NCBI GenBank assembly: GCA_000320545.1
Contig: ADNK01002450.1
Coordinates: forward strand, 1 to 64,000
Length of the DNA: 64,000 nt
Reading direction: 5' to 3'
DNA from: Bigelowiella natans CCMP2755
Lineage: Eukaryota; Protista; Cercozoa
The position numbers were made by a program, and so were the translations under genes. The notes beneath the pieces were generated by a model that was given only the letters and a program-made list of their open reading frames with translations, did not search any database and was not told where the DNA came from. Shown piece after piece: positions 12,257 to 20,402 of the stretch. How positions within the stretch are numbered: position 1 is the stretch's first letter; each line of letters opens with the position of its first letter.

Positions 12257-15200
12257 TCATCGCTTTCGGAACTTCACCAACCACCAGGTAATAGATTCCT
12301 CTCTAACCTTATCTCCTTTGTCGCTTACCCAGAACTCACCTTCGTCCTTAGGTTCGTGTCCATACCAGCCCTCTGCATCAAGGTCCCCCAGGACCTTATA
12401 CCAGTGCTCAAAGGGTAAGTCGGGAACAGCTAGGTAGAGTAGCTGATATTTTCCGTCCTTTATTTTCATAGCTACCCTCTCCATATTTCGTAATCCAGGG
12501 TAGCCTAGATAGACAATCTTCATGCGCCAATCGTCGTTCACCCTGACCTTATTGTTTCCATATTCCACATCGAACTTAGGTCGGGGTCCTAAACAAGGCA
12601 TTGCTCGCTCCCACACAGTAGGGTTTACTTTAACATCCTCTAGGAGCTTCTCACCGATATCATAATTCTTTAGGTGACTGATGTGGCGCAAGGTGACCCT
12701 GTTCCCATCATAGATGTAGTACTGCTTCCTCCCCTTCCTCTCGGTAACCTTTGCAACGCCACCCCAGAAGGGGTCTTGTTTATTTCTCGATCTCAGATTT
12801 ACCTTGGCCCTAACATACTGTCCTTCCTTTAGAACTCGGCCATCGTACGGGACCTTCTCGTCTTCGCTCTCGGTATCGTCGTCGTTGTCGTCGCCTTCTT
12901 CCCTCTCCTTATCCTTGATACCTCCCCCAGACGTGAAGGTGTCGTTTACTAACCCTTGTATCTTGTCTGGTGTGGTGCTATTTATCCTGCTTAGGTTGGC
13001 CAAGGTGCGGTGGAGTCGCTCTACCTTGGAGTTGGACTGGGCATAGTATACAGGTGAGGCATCAATATTAGGGTGTGGTAGCTGTAGAAGAGAGGTCTCA
13101 TTATCCACATGTAACTTCTTTGGTATCTTGTTTATGCTAACTTCATCAGGGATAGCCTGGAGCTCAGACTCCCAGGTACGGTAGCAGTTAGTAAGCCTCT
13201 GCTTATATAAGCCTTTGTTCTTCTTAGCAACGTTGACCTTGATAATCTTTTTAACCCAGCACTTTCCAGTGGCCACATCAACGAAGGTAAGGTAGTGATA
13301 GCCATCGTACTTATAAACATCAATTTGCACGATATCTAAGAAGTTCCTTGCTTTGATTTTCTTAGATGCACGGCTCTTGCTGGACTCCTTGGTGGCGACG
13401 CCTGCCGCCTTCAAGCTGGAGCACCTGCAGCCACGCAGGTATGTCCTTATCTCTTTTAGCTTGTAGGGCCAGTAGTAATGGTAGAGTAGAGCAGTGATAT
13501 GGTTTTCTCCTACGTGTGCAGGTCCATGGGCGGTAAAGAGAAGGGCTCCCCTGGTCCGCCGTGGCACGTAGGTACGCCTAACATTATTAGTGTATACATA
13601 TATCCTATCACTAAGTACCTCATGCTTGTGTTTGTATTTATCCAGGTGTTCTTGAAGGTGCTGGAGCTCCTCTGGCTCAGGCAGGAAGTCGCCGTCCTCG
13701 AAGGTAATCGCGTTAACCATAGGGGTGACCTGGGTAGGGACTTTCTTTTCGAACAGCCTGCTGAAATAGTCAGCAAGCTGCTTGTCTCCTGGTGCGTAGA
13801 CCACTGTCCTCTTGTCCCTAAACTCTTCCGTGTCCGCCCTCATAGCTGCATACTCATCGTTAGGCGCTTCGAGCTTGCGGTCGATGCCTAGGAGGGGCTT
13901 GTGGTCAGTCATTAAGGTGAAGCTGGGCACCGACAGCAGGTAGTATCTTAGTTTCCTCTGCGCCTCAGTCATGGCTTTATACTCTCCTTTTGTAGGGCTG
14001 TACTTGGCCTCAGCTGCTGTGCAGGCCCTGCCCCACACCCGTATGATCTGCTGGTCTTGGGTAAGTACAGCAGCCATACCTAGCTTAGACCAGTCTGTCC
14101 ATAGGGTAGCTGGTCTAGTAGTGTCTAGCTTAGCATTCAATAGGGTGTTGCTGCATAACTTTATTAGGTTATCGAAGTGGGCATCAAGGCCAGCCTTGGC
14201 CCACACCTTAGCGAAGCTGAGGCCTACAGAGTTCTCCTTCCGGTAAGCAGTAGTAAAAGCAGCTGCAGTCCTAGCGTAGGTAGGGGAGAACCTACGTAGT
14301 ATCCAAGCTGCAGTCTGCAAGAATGACTTTAACTCCTTTGCATTCTTAGGTTTAGGGGCTTGCTGTAGTGCTGCTACTTTCTCGGGGTTTGGGGTGATGC
14401 GGCCTTGCTCCAGGTAATATCCACACCACTTGATTCTTGTAGCTAGGAATGTACACTTCTGCAGTCTAATAGTAAAACCGAAGTGTGCAAACCTAATAAA
14501 TATATTTTCCAGGAGGAAGATCTGAGCGACGACTGTGTTGGTACATATTATGTCATCATCCACATACACAAACACAAACACCCACAACACAGACGCCATC
14601 CCATCATGTGTGTATGCCCTGTAGTTCTGACTACTGAACGCATCCCCTGATATGCTTAGGCCGTAAGGGAATACGACGAAGTGCCACTTCCTGTGCCTGC
14701 TGGAGAACGCGGTAATGGGGCGGGAGGTTTTGTGGATGGGTGTCTGCATGTATGATTCATTTTTATCTAGGGAAGAGTAGTATTTGTATCCTATGACGTG
14801 TTCAATAACGTCATCTATCCTTGGTGTAGGTGTCTGGATCCTCTTTATTACTCGGTTGTGGCGGATGAAGTTGTGCGCCAGGCGGAAGAAAGGGTAAGTA
14901 GGTTTCTTAGCTAGCACATGTCTCACGTTCCATGGTGAGTTGCTTGGCTCTATCTTCCCTTCCTTTGCCCATTCATTGATCTGCCACTCTATCTTTTCCC
15001 AGTCCGCTTCCGGTCGCCTATGTTCTGGGTCATTGATGATGCACTCTTCGTATCCCTTCTTTAGCTCGATCTTTACTGGGGTAAGCTTGCTGGAGGGCTT
15101 CGTCGTCGGCTTGGTGATGTCAGAGTACTTCTCGTTTAATATTTTATTAATGTACTTTTTGCCTTTGTCGATATCCCAATCATCAGCTGGGGGGGTCTTG

Positions 15201-17230
15201 TCCAGTAGCTCCGTTATCTGTCGGATGGTCTTGCCGGGGTTCTTCTTCCGTAGCTCGGTAGGTGTAGGTAGCTTGTTGTCCGCTAGGTCCATAAACTCTA
15301 ACGCATTAACGCTTGACTCAGAGGTCCACTCGTCAAGCCGTATCATGTTCTGGCTGATGGTCCTGCCTGACTTCTTTGGCAACTTAGCAAAGTATATCTT
15401 GTGATTGTAGAATGATATGATCCCCCCTAATTTTTCTAGGGCATCCTGTCCGAGGAGTAGTTCCATGGATAAAGTCATGGCTACTCGGGTCTTGATTTGG
15501 GTCTCCGCGTCGCTGCCAGGTATCTGTAGCTTTAGCATTAGCTCACCGACGGTCTTCATGGAAGAGCTTCCGTCTGCTTGAGCATATTTACGTTCTTTCT
15601 TAGTCACTTGATCCAATAGTCCTAACCTTCTTACTGTGCTTAGGCTTATGAAGGACTTCGGCATGCTGCCACTATCCCAAAGGGCAGGTAGTTTCTTGTA
15701 GTCTCCGTAGCTGTCTTTAACTTTAACCTTGGTCATAGCAACTTTGATAGTCCTGTTAGCGTCTTCGTCATTAATGTTGCATACTCCTAAGTTCTTTATG
15801 TCGTCTAGGGTCATGGGCTTGTCTTGGTCCTGCGTTGCTGGTACTGCTGTCTTCGTCGGCGCCTGCTTAAGGTGATCTAATATTCCGTTTATCTGCTGCT
15901 GTATAGCATTGATACTGTTCTGCTTTTTGTTCTTATATTTATTGTTCTTCCCGTTGTTGCTGCCTTGCCATTTGCTGTTGTTATATCCTTGTCCTCTGCC
16001 TTTCTTTCTCTTTAACTTCTCGTAGTGTTCGTTGAGCTGCCTGATCGTCATCCTGGGTCGTCCTTCTTTCCTGTCTCTGCAGTCTTTAGCGGTGTGTTTC
16101 CCTTTACGTGAGCAGTATCCGCAACGTCGGTTACCTTCCCTGTCCTTGTACCAGTCTCGCTGCGGCTTAATAGCGTTAATGTTTCCTATGCCAGGTACCT
16201 TAGGGCTGGTAAACTTGCGGTCCTGCTCCTGCTCGCGTAGGGATATAGCCTGCACTGCTGCCTCCATCGTGGTGTAGCCTTTCTCCGTAACGTAAGTGGA
16301 TTCCTTTATCTTTAACTTGAACTCTTCAAACCTTGCCTGATCATCACCTGTGTTGTAATTAAAATCATGTAGTTCGTCGATCATATCCTGGAAGCGCGTG
16401 GCAAAGTCTCTAACAGGTTCTCTCTCATGCTGCATCATTGCTCTGTATTTTCTAATAGCCTGGGGTAGGGAGTTAGCATCCTGTTCATTTACAAAAGCCT
16501 TCATTATCGCCTCAACGTCTCGTAGCCCACTAACTGTAGTGTGTATTTTCTCTAGCTGCCTGATCCGGGTCCTGCCTGTCTCGTAAAGGTCCATGGCTTG
16601 CTTTATTATAGCTAGCCATTTGAGCTTGTCGTTTTCGGTGGGGTTAGGGGTAAAGTCGCAGAGTATACTCCTAGCGTTCTTCCACCACCTCCTTGCCTCA
16701 CCTCTTTTCCCGTTGTATTTCGTTATCATAACCGGTGCTGTTTTAACAGACATGAACTGGGTGTTCCGCTGTACCGGCTGCTGCTGCTTGACGGTGCTCT
16801 GGGTCGTCCCCCGCGAGGCGCCCAGACCCCCGTCGTTCCTAAACAAAGCTGCCCACTCTGGAGGTAAGTCTGCTTCGTAATCCATGATGTCCTGCATGAT
16901 AGCTGCCCAAACATCATGTGTCTGATACTTGTATTCTATCGATACTTTCAGTTTGGCGTAGTTGCTCGCCCTGGGTCGCAAGGCTCGTAATGCCATTACG
17001 ACCTTCTTGCTTTCGGCGGCCACGTCCTCGTCGTCCGCCTCGTAGAAGTTCTCCAGTGCCTCTGCTGCTGCATCTGCTTTCTTAATCCCGGGTGCTGGTC
17101 CCGGCGGTGCCTGTGGAGGTGTTCCTCCTCCTTCCTTAGCGTCCGTATCGCCCTTCCTTTCCTGTTTCTGCTCGTGCCCTTGCACGGCCTGCGAGCCAAA
17201 GTCCTGCTGTTCTTCTAGCTGCTGTGACAT
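12257..17230 (-). CDS. Gag-Pol polyprotein, 1657 aa: Gag with zinc knuckle, aspartic protease, RT, RNase H, integrase, GPY/F-SH3-like module and a C-terminal Dam-like MTase-fold domain
   Basis: CGYCSRKGKHTAKDC (knuckle); ALWDSGS (protease); SPWN...PYGL...YVDD (RT); TDWS...E...TDHKPL...ADYFSR (RNase H); HGPAH...CRC, IVQID...HVDNE...SNSKVER (integrase); KQDPFWGG...RHISHLK (GPY/F-like). No stop codon or frameshift. Confidence 0.95.
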   Translation of the reverse strand: MSQQLEEQQDFGSQAVQGHEQKQERKGDTDAKEGGGTPPQAPPGPAPGIKKADAAAEALENFYEADDEDVAAESKKVVMALRALRPRASNYAKLKVSIEYKYQTHDVWAAIMQDIMDYEADLPPEWAALFRNDGGLGASRGTTQSTVKQQQPVQRNTQFMSVKTAPVMITKYNGKRGEARRWWKNARSILCDFTPNPTENDKLKWLAIIKQAMDLYETGRTRIRQLEKIHTTVSGLRDVEAIMKAFVNEQDANSLPQAIRKYRAMMQHEREPVRDFATRFQDMIDELHDFNYNTGDDQARFEEFKLKIKESTYVTEKGYTTMEAAVQAISLREQEQDRKFTSPKVPGIGNINAIKPQRDWYKDREGNRRCGYCSRKGKHTAKDCRDRKEGRPRMTIRQLNEHYEKLKRKKGRGQGYNNSKWQGSNNGKNNKYKNKKQNSINAIQQQINGILDHLKQAPTKTAVPATQDQDKPMTLDDIKNLGVCNINDEDANRTIKVAMTKVKVKDSYGDYKKLPALWDSGSMPKSFISLSTVRRLGLLDQVTKKERKYAQADGSSSMKTVGELMLKLQIPGSDAETQIKTRVAMTLSMELLLGQDALEKLGGIISFYNHKIYFAKLPKKSGRTISQNMIRLDEWTSESSVNALEFMDLADNKLPTPTELRKKNPGKTIRQITELLDKTPPADDWDIDKGKKYINKILNEKYSDITKPTTKPSSKLTPVKIELKKGYEECIINDPEHRRPEADWEKIEWQINEWAKEGKIEPSNSPWNVRHVLAKKPTYPFFRLAHNFIRHNRVIKRIQTPTPRIDDVIEHVIGYKYYSSLDKNESYMQTPIHKTSRPITAFSSRHRKWHFVVFPYGLSISGDAFSSQNYRAYTHDGMASVLWVFVFVYVDDDIICTNTVVAQIFLLENIFIRFAHFGFTIRLQKCTFLATRIKWCGYYLEQGRITPNPEKVAALQQAPKPKNAKELKSFLQTAAWILRRFSPTYARTAAAFTTAYRKENSVGLSFAKVWAKAGLDAHFDNLIKLCSNTLLNAKLDTTRPATLWTDWSKLGMAAVLTQDQQIIRVWGRACTAAEAKYSPTKGEYKAMTEAQRKLRYYLLSVPSFTLMTDHKPLLGIDRKLEAPNDEYAAMRADTEEFRDKRTVVYAPGDKQLADYFSRLFEKKVPTQVTPMVNAITFEDGDFLPEPEELQHLQEHLDKYKHKHEVLSDRIYVYTNNVRRTYVPRRTRGALLFTAHGPAHVGENHITALLYHYYWPYKLKEIRTYLRGCRCSSLKAAGVATKESSKSRASKKIKARNFLDIVQIDVYKYDGYHYLTFVDVATGKCWVKKIIKVNVAKKNKGLYKQRLTNCYRTWESELQAIPDEVSINKIPKKLHVDNETSLLQLPHPNIDASPVYYAQSNSKVERLHRTLANLSRINSTTPDKIQGLVNDTFTSGGGIKDKEREEGDDNDDDTESEDEKVPYDGRVLKEGQYVRAKVNLRSRNKQDPFWGGVAKVTERKGRKQYYIYDGNRVTLRHISHLKNYDIGEKLLEDVKVNPTVWERAMPCLGPRPKFDVEYGNNKVRVNDDWRMKIVYLGYPGLRNMERVAMKIKDGKYQLLYLAVPDLPFEHWYKVLGDLDAEGWYGHEPKDEGEFWVSDKGDKVREESITWWLVKFRKR

Positions 17231-17246
17231 TGTTAGTCAAATCGTT

Positions 17247-17264
17247 TCCCGTGTGTGGAAGCCA
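17247..17264 (-). promoter_or_regulatory. tRNA primer-binding site (18 nt, TGGCTTCCACACACGGGA)
   Basis: Lies 5 nt inside the 5' LTR. The plus strand reads TCCCGTGTGTGGAAGCCA, which fits tRNA positions 59-76 with a G discriminator and A72, consistent with a Glu/Asp-like tRNA (identity not confirmed). Confidence 0.8.
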
Positions 17265-17269
17265 AAGGT

Positions 17270-17595
17270 TGTTGCGCGTAAGGTGTTCACAGGCCGAGGC
17301 GCTACGTGCACAAGTAGGCAGGGGGGGGGAAAGGCACGTTTGCTTCCTTTTGAAGAGTTGTGTTTATTTTTATTAAAGATTATATTTTTATTAAATCGTG
17401 CACTGCGTAATCATTCGCGAAGCTTTCGCGAATGCCGCCGCACGTGGGGCAGCACACTTCCGGTGTGCTGCCATGAGTCCCGCCGGAACCCACGTGCCTA
17501 TGCTGTATTAATATCTACGTTATCTATATTCTATATCCGCGACAACCCCTTTGTTGTCGCACGTGACTTGTGCCCGCGTAGTGGTACGCGCTACA
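17270..17595 (-). repeat. 5' LTR (326 bp)
   Basis: Identical by eye to 11880-12205 and followed by the ACCT TSD. Confidence 0.97.
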
Positions 17596-18188
17596 ACCTG
17601 TTGGTTGGTTGATTCGTGTTCACTGACCGATGCGCCACGCTAGCACGAGCTAGCGAGCACACTGCTAGACTGTAGACTGGAAAAATGAATGATGAACGGA
17701 TCATTTCCAACGATGCAGTCGAAATGATCAAGGGAGGAGGCGCTAATTCATCTGTGCCCTCCGTGTTCAACAGGAAGTGCAAAAGTGTCGGGGTTTCGAC
17801 CGTGGCGCGAATGCATGTGAGTGCTCCGAGCACACTTCAAGTAACGCAACACTGTCATTAACGCCATCTGATATCATTCCTCAAAAAATGAGCCCTTTTG
17901 GTAACAACGACACACAAAAATGCAAATTATGGCAACTTTTTAGCCTAAGAACCGACCGACCTAGGGTACCCAAATACCCCATCAAGAGGATAATTAGATC
18001 TAAGGACGGTCAATAATCATGAATAAATAGGTGTGCAAGGGGGGGAAGTTACAATTTTGGAAGATTCGAGACAAAATCTAGGCGGTTTTGTACCAAATAT
18101 GTTTTTAGAAGATCCATTGAAGTGCTGATTTTTATCCATCTCACTCTCAGTCTCCTTGGTGTACATATCTCGGAGCACCACAGGCAAC

Positions 18189-19694
18189 ATGGGGAAATTG
18201 TTCTTCGCATCACTGGCTTTGATCTCTTACGCCGCCTTTGCCCAGCAAGCGGGAACCCAAAAGGAGGAAGACCCTATTCCAATGACTATCCAAAACTGCG
18301 ACGAAAATGGGCAATGTACCGATCAGAAGATGTCCGTAACGCTTGATGCGAACTGGCGATGGCTTCACAAGACTGGTACTTACACCAATTGCTACACTGG
18401 AACCTCGTGGGATAGCAGTATCTGCCCTGATCCCGACACGTGTTCCAACAACTGCGCGCTGGAAGGAGTTCCCACAAGTGATGCGCTCAACACCTATGGA
18501 ATCAAATCTGATGGCAAGAATCTCAATCTTAAGTTTGTTACGAAGGGTCAATACGCCTCAAACATCGGCTCACGCACTTACCTTACAAACGGAGATAAGT
18601 ACTACATGTTCAAGCTGAAAAATAGAGAGTTTACATTCGATGTAGACGTGTCTAATTTACCATGTGGTTTAAATGGTGCTCTTTATTTCGTGGAGATGGA
18701 AGAGGATGCAGGACAGTCAAAGTATTCATTGAATAAGGCAGGTGCAAAATATGGAACAGGCTACTGCGATGCACAATGCCCTCATGATCTCAAATTTATC
18801 AACGGAGAAGCGAACGTTTTGGACTGGAACGCTGGGGTTGGCCACTATGGCACATGCTGCGCGGAGATGGATATCTGGGAGTCGAACAAAGCTGCATCCG
18901 CATACACAGCACACACTTGCAGTAAGCCAGGGCAGATACGCTGTGAAGGGACTGATTGTGGAGATGGTGGAGAGAGATACAAGGGATTGTGTGACAAAGA
19001 TGGCTGCGACTTCAATTCTTACCGAATGGGAGATAAGGACTTTTTTGGAGAGGGCCCTTCCTTCGCAGTCGATACGACTCAGCCGTTTACCGTGGTCACT
19101 CAATTTTTAACCACGGATGGAACCGACAGCGGCGATCTATCCGAGATTCGACGTCTGTATGTTCAAAACGGAAAGGTGATTCCTCTTCGTAACGCCACAC
19201 TCGACAAGCTATCACAGTATAATTCAATAAGCGACGATTTCTGCGCTTCTCAAAAAGATCTGTTCAACGACACTAACGCTTTCGCCGAGAAAGGCGGTCT
19301 TAAGGCCATGGGCGAGACATTGGATCGCGGGATGGTTCTCGTCATGTCACTTTGGGATGATCATGCAGTTAACATGCTTTGGCTGGATTCGTCTTATCCG
19401 ACTGATGTCGACCCCTCAACACCGGGAGTAACCCGAGGCCCTTGCAGCACCGACTCAGGGAAGCCCGAAGATGTCGAGAGCAAATATCCTGATTCCAGCG
19501 TCAGCTATGGCAGCATCAAGTATGGCGCCATTGGATCAACCTATCCGTCAGGACCAACCAAGCCTCCATCTCCAGGCCCATCGCCGTCTGGCTGCCCTGG
19601 GGGAAGTCTTTCTGCATGCATTAAGCTGTGTCCGAGTGACCCAGCTACAGTGTATAGTGCGTGCGTAAAGGAATGTGCTGCTCGATGTCCTTAA
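18189..19694 (+). CDS. Glycoside hydrolase family 7 cellobiohydrolase-type cellulase, secreted, intronless, with Pro/Ser linker and C-terminal 6-Cys module
   Basis: Signal peptide [18 protein letters not shown] followed by QQAGT (pyroglutamate-type N-terminus). Motifs [28 protein letters not shown], catalytic [15 protein letters not shown] and [24 protein letters not shown] at 18189 (the ORF track starts earlier at a non-ATG codon). Confidence 0.96.
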   Translation: MGKLFFASLALISYAAFAQQAGTQKEEDPIPMTIQNCDENGQCTDQKMSVTLDANWRWLHKTGTYTNCYTGTSWDSSICPDPDTCSNNCALEGVPTSDALNTYGIKSDGKNLNLKFVTKGQYASNIGSRTYLTNGDKYYMFKLKNREFTFDVDVSNLPCGLNGALYFVEMEEDAGQSKYSLNKAGAKYGTGYCDAQCPHDLKFINGEANVLDWNAGVGHYGTCCAEMDIWESNKAASAYTAHTCSKPGQIRCEGTDCGDGGERYKGLCDKDGCDFNSYRMGDKDFFGEGPSFAVDTTQPFTVVTQFLTTDGTDSGDLSEIRRLYVQNGKVIPLRNATLDKLSQYNSISDDFCASQKDLFNDTNAFAEKGGLKAMGETLDRGMVLVMSLWDDHAVNMLWLDSSYPTDVDPSTPGVTRGPCSTDSGKPEDVESKYPDSSVSYGSIKYGAIGSTYPSGPTKPPSPGPSPSGCPGGSLSACIKLCPSDPATVYSACVKECAARCP

Positions 19695-20402
19695 CTCCTC
19701 CGTGTGTACGAAAGTGCAATTTGACTGTGTGTGAATATCATTGTGTGCCATGCATAGCTAGATAGTATGCCATTCACCATTGTGGGAAGTAGGGAATTAT
19801 TCTAGTCATCACGTTCGTTTTGCAAGTGGAAATTACCTCGCATCTAGTCAATAGTGGTCATGTACGTGGAACGTCGGCACTTTTTTGCGCTAGAGAGATG
19901 TGGGTGTGCATGAGTACCAAATGTTGGTCACATTTAGCGTGTCTGTGATTGCAGATGAGTGCGGATGCATTCAACCTAGATAGCTGGCTTGCTGGGTGTG
20001 TGTACAATGTCGTCGCAGAATGTCAACAGCGCACATATCGATCGTTTAGCTAGGCTGTTCATACATGAGGCGTGCGTAGCAAAGTTGCGGTCATGACAAT
20101 GTGGATGATGACTGCACTATCTAGCTGTGGACATACTAGACCGCATCTTTCTAGCTTTGTTAGAGATGCAGGATGTAAGATGGATGTAATCAATAAAATA
20201 TTGTCAATTAAATTTGTTCAATGGCCATCTACAATGATAGACATGTCTATTATCACATCCTAATGTAGCTGTGCAATGCAGTGGCTACACCGCTAATATT
20301 GAATCTGTTGAATGTATCATATGTTTGTGATATCTAATGACAACTCTTTTCATTTTAGATTCACTGGGCGGTTGATTGATGTATTTCGCTACTACTAATG
20401 TC

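Larger units (their letters stand above)
11880..17595 (-). mobile_element. Full-length Ty3/Gypsy-type LTR retrotransposon (5716 bp), intact
   Basis: Two identical 326-bp TG...CA LTRs, a 4-bp ACCT TSD (11876-11879 and 17596-17599), PBS, PPT and a single ORF with domain order Gag-PR-RT-RH-IN. Confidence 0.97.

Noticed and set aside
12257-12645. Chromodomain or env gene at the 3' end of the retrotransposon
   Set aside because: No Y.VE.I...Y.VKW.GY...TWE chromodomain pattern in order, no signal peptide or TM helix, and no separate ORF between pol and the 3' LTR.
17265-17269. LTR-PBS spacer ACCTT (minus strand) resembles the ACCT TSD
   Set aside because: A 4-bp match on opposite strands is readily explained by chance, and no mechanism is supported.
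19593-19694. CBM1 at the GH7 C-terminus
   Set aside because: Lacks QCGG and the aromatic triad, and the cysteine spacing differs; reported as an unknown module instead.
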